Shown here: positions 55,894 to 64,000 of the stretch, one piece after another
Numbering within the stretch: position 1 is the stretch's first letter
Layout of the letters: every line of letters starts with the position of its first letter
DNA from: Candidatus Caldarchaeum subterraneum
GTDB lineage: Archaea > Thermoproteota > Nitrososphaeria_A > Caldarchaeales > Caldarchaeaceae
Direction of reading: 5' to 3'
Assembly: GCA_000270325.1 (NCBI GenBank)
Contig: BA000048.1
Coordinates: 1,413,481-1,477,480 of the forward strand
DNA: 64,000 nt
Notes under the pieces: generated by a model
The model's input: the letters and a program-made list of their open reading frames with translations, nothing else
What the model was told of the DNA's origin: nothing
Databases searched by the model: none
Position numbers and translations under genes: made by a program

Positions 55894-58107
55894 ATGTGGA
55901 ACTGGAGGACGCTCGCCGTCTTCGGCGTAGCTTTTCTCATTAGGGCTGTTTTGGCGCCCTTTTTCGGTCATTCATGGGACATGTATGTTTGGGTTAAAAG
56001 CGGTGAGATGTTCTCCAGCGGCGTCGACGTCTACTCTGTAAAGAATTTGACCGATTTTCCATGGGGTTTCTACGCTTATCCGCCTGTCTGGCTCTACTGG
56101 CTCGGGTTTGCCCATGCTATTTCCGGTTTTTTCCCGAGTCTGAGTTTTCAAGTCTTCGTTATAAAGCTCCCGATTATTTTTGCTGATCTGGCCGTGGCTG
56201 TTCTGGTTTCTAGGCTGGCGGCTGAAACAGGGGGGTTGAAGTATGCTGGATTGGCTTCGCTTCTCTGGCTCTTCAACCCTCTGGTCATCGCGATATCGGC
56301 TGTTTGGGGCATGTTCGACTCGATTGCGGTCGCATTATCCCTTTTCGGCGTCTTGCTAGCCTACCGGAGAAAATATGCGGCCTCGGCGTTTGTGCTGGGA
56401 TTTGGTGGAGCCGTCAAGCTCTACCCATTATTCCTCATGCTTCCGCTGCTAGTCTACATGAGGATAGGTGAACGAATATCCCTCAAGAAATCCCTCTTAA
56501 CAATCATAGCCTGTGTCTCTGGACTAATCTTGCCCGCCGCACCATACATCACCAACCCAATCCCCCTACTCGAGAAGCTGTTCTACCACTTTGGAAACAT
56601 CGGCAGCTTCACCTACTGGACAGCACTCAGCCTCGTATCGCCTCCAGCAGCCATTCCAGCGTTATCCTACGGCTTTTTCGCAGCAATACTCTACATCGTC
56701 TACAGAAGAACTCAAAAAAGCAATAGACCCAGCCTTTTCGACCTCTCACAATTAACATTAGTAGCTTTCCTAGCCACTTCCGCAAAGGTGAACGTCCAAT
56801 ACGTTTTATGGGTTCTGCCCTTTCTCACAATCTCGTCTCTGCGCAGCGCAAGCCGAGAGCTTCGTATGAACACTGTGCTTTTAGTGGTCGCTGGCGTCCT
56901 GTTTATCGCTGCCTCACAGGTGGCGCTCGCCATATTCGACCTGCGAAACCTTGGGAGGATAGTTGTTTCCCGTGAGGTTGAGTCGATGACTATTGGTGGC
57001 GTGGCCTTGGTTCTTTCCGCCATTTTCGGCGGCTCGAGGTTTATTGTTTTGTTTACATCGCTGATAGGTATCCGTAAGAATGTTTGGAATGTTCAGAGAA
57101 TCACTATTGTTTCGCTGTTGGTTGTTTTTGTTCTTGTTATAGCGGTTTTCCCCGTGGGCAGAGGCGTGGTTATGCCAAGGGCCTCGGTTGTCGTCGGAGT
57201 CACAGAGGGTGTTGAAGCCCTCTTCACGAAGACAGAGAGCTTTGGCGTAGAAGGGATTGCTGACAGGCTTTTCATGACTCATCTAGTGATTCCCTTCGGA
57301 CCCGAACCCTACATCTATGGAGGAAACTTTGGCGAATCCTCAAGGTTTAAGCTCACAAACGACATGTGGCTTGAAAAAGATTTGGCAAACCTGGCATCCA
57401 AGCTAAAAACAATGGGGATAAAACCTGTTCTCGGCCTCTACCTCAAGACAAGCTATGTCTCTGTACATTTTGGATACCATGGCTACAACTCTTCCAGATT
57501 ATTATCGGAGTTCGGGAGATGTGTGTCATCCGGCGGGGATATTGTTTTTTCCTGCTTGACTGACACGGGCGAGGTTTTCGGAGATTTTTTGGCTGAAAAA
57601 GTTGTTGCCGCTGTTTCTCGGATGGGGTATGACGGTGTTTATGTTTTGGGGTTTGACTGGATTAGGCCCGACGCAGACATCGATGGCTTTGCACAGTTTG
57701 TCGCGAGCTTGGCAACGAAGGCGAAGAGTAAGGGGCTTCTGGTGTTTGTTGAGGTCGACCCACTGGTAGCGAGATACGGGTTCTCTCCTGCAGTTGAAAA
57801 TGTTTTGACTCATGCCGAATACATCGTTTTGCTCACCAACCCGTTTGTCAAAAATCTTGAGAACCCTCTGCGGGGAAACTATACCATAGCCGAGTACAAG
57901 AGGCTGATGGAGATGTTTGTTGAGAAGGCTTCGGGCCGCGCCAAGGTGCTGTATTCTCTTCACGTCATGGATATTGCCAAGGGTTGGATGACGCCTGCTT
58001 TGCAGGTTCAGCTCGAGGTTAACGAGTTTTCCTCGGTTAGGAATGTTCATGGATATGCTGTTTACCATGTCAGCCGCTATTTGCCGATGAGGCTTACGGT
58101 CAGCTAG
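55894..58107 (+). CDS. Large membrane protein: GT-C-like (DUF2029-type) glycosyltransferase N-domain fused to a soluble TIM-barrel-like C-domain
   Basis: 737 aa. About 12 TM helices in the first 420 aa, then a 300-aa globular domain. Confidence 0.45.
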   Translation: MWNWRTLAVFGVAFLIRAVLAPFFGHSWDMYVWVKSGEMFSSGVDVYSVKNLTDFPWGFYAYPPVWLYWLGFAHAISGFFPSLSFQVFVIKLPIIFADLAVAVLVSRLAAETGGLKYAGLASLLWLFNPLVIAISAVWGMFDSIAVALSLFGVLLAYRRKYAASAFVLGFGGAVKLYPLFLMLPLLVYMRIGERISLKKSLLTIIACVSGLILPAAPYITNPIPLLEKLFYHFGNIGSFTYWTALSLVSPPAAIPALSYGFFAAILYIVYRRTQKSNRPSLFDLSQLTLVAFLATSAKVNVQYVLWVLPFLTISSLRSASRELRMNTVLLVVAGVLFIAASQVALAIFDLRNLGRIVVSREVESMTIGGVALVLSAIFGGSRFIVLFTSLIGIRKNVWNVQRITIVSLLVVFVLVIAVFPVGRGVVMPRASVVVGVTEGVEALFTKTESFGVEGIADRLFMTHLVIPFGPEPYIYGGNFGESSRFKLTNDMWLEKDLANLASKLKTMGIKPVLGLYLKTSYVSVHFGYHGYNSSRLLSEFGRCVSSGGDIVFSCLTDTGEVFGDFLAEKVVAAVSRMGYDGVYVLGFDWIRPDADIDGFAQFVASLATKAKSKGLLVFVEVDPLVARYGFSPAVENVLTHAEYIVLLTNPFVKNLENPLRGNYTIAEYKRLMEMFVEKASGRAKVLYSLHVMDIAKGWMTPALQVQLEVNEFSSVRNVHGYAVYHVSRYLPMRLTVS

Positions 58108-58555
58108 TGTCGGGAGGTAGTCGTCTCCATTTCGGCACCTGCGGATAAGCAACACCGTTAATATCCACTACAGCTGTTCCGAGAAGATGTTCCCTGTAAC
58201 GGCCTATCACTGTTTTATGGTTTTGTTTCCCAACCTTCACCGGGTCTCCTCTCATCCACTTTAGGGCATCCTCTTTCGTAAGCTCAACCACATGAGCCTC
58301 TGGAGGCAGTGTGACGAATTTGCAGCCCTCAATAGTTAGGGTGACAAAGTTTTTCCTCTGCTTGGCCACGTAGATACCCGCGTTCATAACTCCTCGGAAA
58401 AGTGTGGCGGCTCGATAAGCTTCTTCCGTCAAGGCCCTTACCTTGCCCTCACCTGTTTTCACGAACACATAACCCTCTGTCAGCAGCCTTGCCCCGAAGC
58501 CCTTCAACACCTCGTCAGAGAGATGTTGAAGCTCATGTCTCTCCATCTTTTTCAA
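58100..58555 (-). CDS. PUA-like domain protein, hypothetical (downstream of the NSUN methyltransferase)
   Basis: 151 aa with a C-terminal beta-rich PUA-like segment. Confidence 0.3.
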   Translation of the reverse strand: MKKMERHELQHLSDEVLKGFGARLLTEGYVFVKTGEGKVRALTEEAYRAATLFRGVMNAGIYVAKQRKNFVTLTIEGCKFVTLPPEAHVVELTKEDALKWMRGDPVKVGKQNHKTVIGRYREHLLGTAVVDINGVAYPQVPKWRRLPPDTS

Positions 58556-58564
58556 GCCTAGTGC

Positions 58565-59527
58565 TCACCCAGGCTTCCTAATCTTAGCTATGTAAAAGCC
58601 CTCGGCACCGCTCTGAAAAGGCCATATCCTCACTGTCTTACGCACCTCTGGTGAAAAAATTCGTCCACCCCATTCATCAAACCCCCAATCACACTCGAGA
58701 CCGTTTAGCTTAATCGGAAGTACTTCAGCCTCTTCAAATTTCTCCAACAAATTGTTCACGACGGTCTCGTTTTCGAATGGATGGAACGTGCAGGTGGAAT
58801 ATATCAGAATGCCTCCGGGCTTTAGGGCCATGTATCCGGAGAACAATAGGCTTGTCTGAAGCCTAGACAGCCTCGCCGAGGAACCCGTTGTCCAGTTTCG
58901 TAAAACGCTCCAGTCTTTGGAGCCTATGCCGAGAGATGTGCAGGGCGCGTCTATCATGACTCTGTCAAACATCCCCCTATACCTGTAGCCGAACCTTCTC
59001 CCGTCCGCGAGGGTCAACACACCGTTAACAACCCCGCATCTCTGCATGTTAGATGAGAGGGCTTTGATACGTGTCCTCGAGACATCGTTTGCCACAACCA
59101 CGCCTTCACCTCTCAACCTGGCCGCTATGTGAGTTGTTTTGCTGCCTGGGGCGGCGCAGAGGTCGAGGACCCAGTGACCAGGCTCAACGTCCAAAAGCTC
59201 GGTGACAAGAATTGAGACGGGGCCCTGAGCATAAACATAGCCCAACATGTGCCAGAGAGAATCAGTCAACAACCCCTCCGGCTCCGCGTAAAAACCATCG
59301 ACCGTGAACGGAATCCTTCTAACGGTCAACCCCTCCTCTCGGAGCAGAATTAGACAATTTTCCCGGTCTATCTTGAGGGTGTTGACGCGGAAAGAATCAG
59401 GCAGCGGCCTAGAATACGCTTCGAGAAGCATGTCCATTTTATCGGGGATTATTGCCTCGAGGAAACTTCTCAATTCCTGTGACAGCTGAACACTCATTTT
59501 AACACACGACCCGTTGCAGACGCCCAA
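58565..59527 (-). CDS. NOL1/NOP2/Sun-family RNA cytosine-C5 methyltransferase
   Basis: SAM motif VLDLCAAPGSKTTHIA and catalytic PCT/TC motifs (DAPCTSLG, STCTFHP). Confidence 0.85.
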   Translation of the reverse strand: MGVCNGSCVKMSVQLSQELRSFLEAIIPDKMDMLLEAYSRPLPDSFRVNTLKIDRENCLILLREEGLTVRRIPFTVDGFYAEPEGLLTDSLWHMLGYVYAQGPVSILVTELLDVEPGHWVLDLCAAPGSKTTHIAARLRGEGVVVANDVSRTRIKALSSNMQRCGVVNGVLTLADGRRFGYRYRGMFDRVMIDAPCTSLGIGSKDWSVLRNWTTGSSARLSRLQTSLLFSGYMALKPGGILIYSTCTFHPFENETVVNNLLEKFEEAEVLPIKLNGLECDWGFDEWGGRIFSPEVRKTVRIWPFQSGAEGFYIAKIRKPG

Positions 59528-60117
59528 ATCAATAGGTCAAGCTCCGCGGGCGTTAAACCAATTTTCTCCGCATGGCTGACAAATTTTCTCTCATAGTCAA
59601 GGTAGCGCCATGGCGAAAAAGGGGAATCCACCTTGTTGATAATTCTGTTAGCGGCCATGTATCTAAGTATGTGTCTGTCGAGAATCGCGAGTCCATCGAA
59701 ACCGATGTTACGTAGAAAATGGCTCGCCTCCTTCATCCCCAGCCCCACCACAACATCCACAAGAAATCTCCTTATCTCCACATGCGACCTCCCACTTCTA
59801 ACAACAGCAAGAACATCACCAAACATCTTCAACGCGTCAACGATATGCCGAGCCTTTGTTCTATGAAACCTTACACCCGAATTCCTCAAAACAGATTCTA
59901 TCCTTGAAATTTCTCCTTGCCATAGAGCCCCCTTGTCGAAGAGTTTCTCAACCGCGGTTAATGCGCATAGTGCTTTGGTCTGTGGAGTGCACAAACAGTA
60001 GACAAGCTCCTCCAAAACCCTGTCATCATCGAAAAAATTTCGCCTAAACTGTTGGACAACAACTCTGATTTCATCCCTGTAGAGTGGCAGCTTCGACAAT
60101 ACGGCAGATGTCTTCAT
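59494..60117 (-). CDS. ogg: 8-oxoguanine DNA glycosylase, HhH-GPD superfamily (Ogg2-like)
   Basis: HhH motif GMKEASHFLRNIG with the catalytic Lys and Asp (LDRH). Confidence 0.65.
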   Translation of the reverse strand: MKTSAVLSKLPLYRDEIRVVVQQFRRNFFDDDRVLEELVYCLCTPQTKALCALTAVEKLFDKGALWQGEISRIESVLRNSGVRFHRTKARHIVDALKMFGDVLAVVRSGRSHVEIRRFLVDVVVGLGMKEASHFLRNIGFDGLAILDRHILRYMAANRIINKVDSPFSPWRYLDYERKFVSHAEKIGLTPAELDLLIWASATGRVLK

Positions 60118-61580
60118 CTATGGTCTTTGGTTGCCGAGCTCCTTTTAAAGAAAAGTTTGGTCTGCCCCATCGTCATAAGGCTGCTCGTTCTCACTTTCAG
60201 CATCAGCGGAATGTCCGAGACTATTTTGCCGAGTACGAGGCAGCGTCTTGGCGGCATCTTCTTGACGAGTAGCTTCACGGTTTCGGAGTCGATTTTCGAT
60301 ATTTTTGAAATTTTTTCTAGGTCTGTGTCGTTTGTGAAGTTGAACAGGAAAATGTTGTCGGCCTGTCTGTATACCAGCTCGGGTATGGTGTCTGGCTGAT
60401 TTGTTACAAAGATGGGGAACATTCCTATGTGTCTCATTCTAGTTACTAGGTCTTCCCAATAGGTCTCCCGGAGGTATAGATGTGCTTCCTCAGCTAACAG
60501 GAAAAGAGGCTCAATCTTGTTTGACGAGAGTAGCGTCGAGAGGTGGCTGAGTAGGTATTCGACGACAAGTCTTCTTGTGCTAGGTAGCAGTTTGGAGAGG
60601 TTGACCACGGTGACGTTTCCGCCTGGTCTTGGTTTGAGTAGTTCTGCGAGGTCTGTGGGGTCGTTGTCGGAAATGAAGCCTGAAGAGTTGATGCTCTCCA
60701 GCCTCGAGAGCAGGGCCTCGCGCACAGCCTCGTTCATCGGCTCGTTTTCCACAACATCCATCAAGTCGTCTAGACAGAAGTCTCCACATTCTTTTTCAAG
60801 CTTCTTCCATATTCTTCCAAGCTCTCTTAAGCTGGTTGCCGGAGTTCCGTAGACATGCTCCATTATGTCGTGAAAGGTCTTCAGCCCCATCATCCTCAAC
60901 GAGGCAGTGAAGTTTCTGCCAGGATGCAGAAGTGTAAGGGCGTCTGCGAGGTCGCTTTTACCGCCGTCAAACCTTTTATCCAGACTAAGGTACTCGCCGT
61001 TGACATCAAGCACAACAACGGTTCCCCCATTTGACACGATTCCCTCCACAATTATTTTGGCGAGATGTGATTTCCCGCTCTCTTTCTTTCCTGTTATGAT
61101 TGTTAGGCTGCCGTCAAGCCTAGTCAACGGAAGGTTTATCGGCTCTCCCCCTACTGTGCCGGGGCAGAAGAGAAATTGGTTTTCATCTCCAAGTATGAGC
61201 TGGTGGAGGAGATGTGGCCCGGCTTTTTCATGTGTGGCCGTGTATCTGCTTGGGAGCCATGGCGATGTTTGGGCCTGTAAACCGTTGTGGAAAATGGCGC
61301 GGACTTTGGCCGTTACGCACCGGACCTCCCGAACCATCATGGAGAGTGAGGATGTGTTGTAGGGGTCGAGTGAAGATACTCCATCAACCTCCGCGACTAT
61401 CAATTCTCTCAAAAGCTCCTCCACTCCCCCCGGCAAGTCAACATAACCGACGTCAACGACCTGTGCGAGCAGGAAACTATTTCCTTCACCTAATTTGATG
61501 TAGTCACCTATCTCAAAGTCGAGCTCTGAGGGCATGCATAGCAGCTCAAGAGTTTCTCCATGTTTCTGTAATATTTTCAT
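60114..61580 (-). CDS. HerA/FtsK-like (DUF87) ATPase
   Basis: Walker A TGKKESGKSH and HerA-type Walker B FLLAEEAHLY. N-terminal barrel-like domain. 488 aa. Confidence 0.55.
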   Translation of the reverse strand: MKILQKHGETLELLCMPSELDFEIGDYIKLGEGNSFLLAQVVDVGYVDLPGGVEELLRELIVAEVDGVSSLDPYNTSSLSMMVREVRCVTAKVRAIFHNGLQAQTSPWLPSRYTATHEKAGPHLLHQLILGDENQFLFCPGTVGGEPINLPLTRLDGSLTIITGKKESGKSHLAKIIVEGIVSNGGTVVVLDVNGEYLSLDKRFDGGKSDLADALTLLHPGRNFTASLRMMGLKTFHDIMEHVYGTPATSLRELGRIWKKLEKECGDFCLDDLMDVVENEPMNEAVREALLSRLESINSSGFISDNDPTDLAELLKPRPGGNVTVVNLSKLLPSTRRLVVEYLLSHLSTLLSSNKIEPLFLLAEEAHLYLRETYWEDLVTRMRHIGMFPIFVTNQPDTIPELVYRQADNIFLFNFTNDTDLEKISKISKIDSETVKLLVKKMPPRRCLVLGKIVSDIPLMLKVRTSSLMTMGQTKLFFKRSSATKDHR

Positions 61581-61587
61581 CTCTCTT

Positions 61588-62595
61588 TCACGAGTGTGTC
61601 AGCGGCCCAAAGAGGAAGCTTCTTAACGATGGTGATTGTGTGAACTTAATCTTGTGAAGAGCTTCGAGCCGAGCGCATATAGAGAGGATGTCTAATCGGC
61701 TGAGCTTTGCAAGCTGATGCGCCAGTATCAAAGACTCCGGATAGCCGTAGATGATTGCCTCGCTTGAGAGAAGTTGGTTGAGAAGCTGGATATCGTCGGC
61801 GGCGGAGACATCGACTCTGAAGGGAAAATATCGTGGCGAGAGGTGGGCCACGTATATTGAGCCGCAGTAGACTGGCCAACGCTCCGTCCTGCGCGGAGGC
61901 AGCTTAACGACGTAGGGGGGTGCCATGGTGCCTGCGACCGAGAGAATGTTTCGGCCCTGCAGAGTTAACGTGGTTGATTTAGAGAACGCGGCTACGCCGA
62001 GGCCGTTGCGATGGGACGACTCAACTATGCGGGCAACGACCTCTACGGGACTGTCGGCAGGACCTGCGGTCAAAGCTCCGTCGAGAAGAAGAATTCCGCC
62101 CTCTATAATTTGTGAGGCATGTAGTTGGAGAACTTTTTCGAAAAGGTTTCCGACAAGCTTGGGTGCGGTGGTTTGGTGGAAGGATGGTGTTTTGCCGTCC
62201 ACACCCAAAACATCAAAAAGTGATGAAAGTATCATGTCCACGTTGCGTGGAGAAGATGTGTAGACGAAGGGGCCGACCAACATAACCTCCAGCCCAGAAA
62301 CGTTTTTCCTCACTATGCTTCCGCGGACAGCCCAGAGGCCACCCTCCGCCGAGTCGGCAATCTTCACAGTGGACATGTCGCATGCAACAACAGGAACCCT
62401 TACCCCCGCCGGCTCTAGAGGAATGGCATCACATCCATCCATGTCCAGCTGGAACTCGTCTTCTTGGCTGTCGGTTGACGCTGTTTCTATCGCGACGGTG
62501 TGGTTTTTTAGACCAGTGAGGCTGTTTTGGGCTGTTTGTGTGAATGTTTCTAGGAGGGTTTGTAAGTGATGTTGTTGAATGGTCAGATTGCTCAT
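61588..62595 (-). CDS. NurA-like nuclease domain protein. Start taken at MSNLTIQQ; the track ORF extends to 62676
   Basis: Acidic motifs VVACDMS and ILLLDGAL resemble the NurA catalytic Asp residues. Paired with the HerA-like gene. Confidence 0.4.
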   Translation of the reverse strand: MSNLTIQQHHLQTLLETFTQTAQNSLTGLKNHTVAIETASTDSQEDEFQLDMDGCDAIPLEPAGVRVPVVACDMSTVKIADSAEGGLWAVRGSIVRKNVSGLEVMLVGPFVYTSSPRNVDMILSSLFDVLGVDGKTPSFHQTTAPKLVGNLFEKVLQLHASQIIEGGILLLDGALTAGPADSPVEVVARIVESSHRNGLGVAAFSKSTTLTLQGRNILSVAGTMAPPYVVKLPPRRTERWPVYCGSIYVAHLSPRYFPFRVDVSAADDIQLLNQLLSSEAIIYGYPESLILAHQLAKLSRLDILSICARLEALHKIKFTQSPSLRSFLFGPLTHS

Positions 62596-62676
62596 GATGT
62601 TCAACAACTTCACAGAAAGATTGGAGTTGTTGAAGTATTTAAATATTGCGCAACATGAGCAATAAACAGAACACAA

Positions 62677-63081
62677 TTGACAACAGCAAAAATCAAAATC
62701 AACATAGGCAACATAACGGTGGAAATAGAGGCTCCCGTCGACAAAATAGAAGAAGCCGTCAAAAACACCATCGCAGCCATCCGTTCAACAGAACAAGCAA
62801 CACCACAGCCGCAGACACAAACACGCAAACCAGTCACCTGTAAGAAAGCGGTGGAAGATTTGCTTGCCGATGGATGGCTTCAAACGGGCAGGACACTCGC
62901 TGAAGTTGTTTCCGAGCTCGAGAGACGCGGATTCCTATACGACACAACGGCCGTGGCCCATGTCCTGCTCGACCTCGTCAGAGAAGGAAAGCTCGAGAGA
63001 GTCGGAGAACCCCGTCGCTACATTTACCTAGCCAAGAAAACATCAGTCACTCAACGCTTAGAAGAAAACTCCACAAGATAA
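62677..63081 (+). CDS. Small wHTH protein (paralog 1), TTG start
   Basis: N-terminus KIKINIGNITVEIEAPVDKIEEAV and a C-terminal winged-helix-like LLDLVREGKLERVGEPRRYIYL. Confidence 0.4.
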   Translation: MTTAKIKINIGNITVEIEAPVDKIEEAVKNTIAAIRSTEQATPQPQTQTRKPVTCKKAVEDLLADGWLQTGRTLAEVVSELERRGFLYDTTAVAHVLLDLVREGKLERVGEPRRYIYLAKKTSVTQRLEENSTR

Positions 63082-63530
63082 TCGAGGCCATAAGGAGTGA
63101 TAGTGTAGCCGCCGCGTCCAACCCTTTTCAGCAAACTCTTCTGCACAAGCTCAGACAACCGGCCCGAGACCGTTTTCTCAGGCTTTCCAAGGGCTGAAGC
63201 AGCCTCTGAAGCGAGAAACTCGCCGCTGTCAGAATGACCGAGCAACTTGTTCAAGTAACGTGTCGAAGCATAGAGCAGCAGCGCTTCAGCTGTAGGTAAT
63301 TTGGACAAATCCGTTCTTAGATAGATTCCCTGCGAAGAGTCGTAGCTAACCCAGTCCTTGATTTTGTCGAGAATCTCCTCTACGCCGGCGGAGCTGCGCA
63401 GCTTTGAGGCAAGTGAGTAGGCTGGAATGTTTTTCTCGAGAAACTTTAGCACGCTTTGATAAACATCGGCGGGATCACCTTCAAAGTCCGCCCGCAACTC
63501 ACCGTAAGTAATAGTGATTTTCAGCTGCAT
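63051..63530 (-). CDS. Small wHTH protein (paralog 2)
   Basis: N-terminus LKITITYGELRADFEGDPADVYQSVLKFL and a C-terminal LSELVQKSLLKRVGRGGYTITPYGL. Confidence 0.4.
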   Translation of the reverse strand: MQLKITITYGELRADFEGDPADVYQSVLKFLEKNIPAYSLASKLRSSAGVEEILDKIKDWVSYDSSQGIYLRTDLSKLPTAEALLLYASTRYLNKLLGHSDSGEFLASEAASALGKPEKTVSGRLSELVQKSLLKRVGRGGYTITPYGLDYLVEFSSKR

Positions 63531-64000
63531 TTACTCACCCTCGATAGCTTTCATGCCTGTTGAAGGCTTAAAAAAGTAACGCCCTTCGTCGTCGCGGTCG
63601 ACAACACCTTCTTTCCACAATTCGCTGAGACGTGCACGAGCTACTTTTTCATCGATGTGTAGAATCTGCGCTACACGTTTGGGGCTTAGACCATCGGAGT
63701 CAAGGAAACCTAGTCGTCGGCCTGCATAGGCTCCTGCGAGACAGTAAACAATTCGTTTCTTTGTATCGGCTTCTGCGACTACATCTATGCCACCGTTGTT
63801 GACAACCACTTTTCCAATCATCTTCTCAAGCAGCTTACCCAAATCAACCTGTCCACTCAGCTTTGCAACAGCTTCAACAGGGCCGAGACGCTCGGAAAAA
63901 TAGCGGTTGACTAGCGCCCACACCTCCTCCTTATCGCCGCTGAACTCAACCTCGTTACCTCCATGCCTGATTCTAACCGTAACAACCGTGTCTCCGCTCA
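63531..64000 (-). CDS. Small wHTH protein (paralog 3), 5'-partial, running off the window end
   Basis: The frame stays open upstream of the listed GTG: ...DTVVTVRIRHGGNEVEFSGDKEEVWALVNRYF. This is the same N-terminal pattern as paralogs 1 and 2. C-terminal RLSELWKEGVVDRDDEGRYFFKP. Confidence 0.4.
   Translation of the reverse strand, partial: SGDTVVTVRIRHGGNEVEFSGDKEEVWALVNRYFSERLGPVEAVAKLSGQVDLGKLLEKMIGKVVVNNGGIDVVAEADTKKRIVYCLAGAYAGRRLGFLDSDGLSPKRVAQILHIDEKVARARLSELWKEGVVDRDDEGRYFFKPSTGMKAIEGE

Noticed and set aside
62596-62843. N-terminal extension of the NurA-like ORF (MCSVYCSCCAIFKYF...) and the Q/N/R-rich 65-aa ORF 62646..62843
   Set aside because: Low-complexity or out-of-frame readings of the AT-rich intergenic and start region. 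62646..62843 overlaps the wHTH gene in another frame.
1-64000. CRISPR arrays, rRNA genes, transposases/integrases, additional tRNAs
   Set aside because: No direct-repeat/spacer periodicity found. No rRNA-like conserved stretches. No DDE/tyrosine-recombinase motifs. The only T-loop GGTTCAAATCC is in the tRNA-Ala at 13271.

Overview
This is archaeal DNA, about 55% GC, with crenarchaeal/TACK-type gene content. The archaellum arlX-arlJ operon type, a family-B DNA polymerase, Dpo4, aCoxI/II and a gap-pgk operon all point that way, and the whole looks like an Aigarchaeota-like chromosome segment. Coding density is high and mostly housekeeping.

The standout is a compact eukaryote-like ubiquitylation cassette at about 22.8-25.7 kb. 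A JAMM/Rpn11-like deubiquitinase is transcribed divergently from an operon encoding a ubiquitin homolog, an E2 (UBC), an E1 (ThiF/UBA-type) and a small RING-type zinc finger. The ubiquitin homolog has an internal Gly-Gly followed by a 9-residue C-terminal extension. Nearby are an extra co-transcribed coiled-coil gene, a membrane-anchored protein with the same C4HC3 zinc-finger spacing, and two further coiled-coil genes. This architecture matches the rare Caldiarchaeum-type archaeal Ub system; identity with that organism cannot be confirmed without a database search.

Other points to check:
- The archaellin gene (arlB) has a frame break in an A6 tract at its N-terminus and is transcribed divergently from arlXGFHI.
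- A GtrA-family gene is split by a frameshift.
- A canonical C/D-box sRNA candidate lies in a 3' intergenic region.
- The nuo genes are split (A-H, I, B-C-D), and the NuoI-like protein carries a large insertion.
- A short-form heme A synthase sits in the cox operon.
- A HerA-NurA-like pair is followed by three paralogous wHTH proteins.

No CRISPR arrays, rRNAs or obvious transposases were seen.
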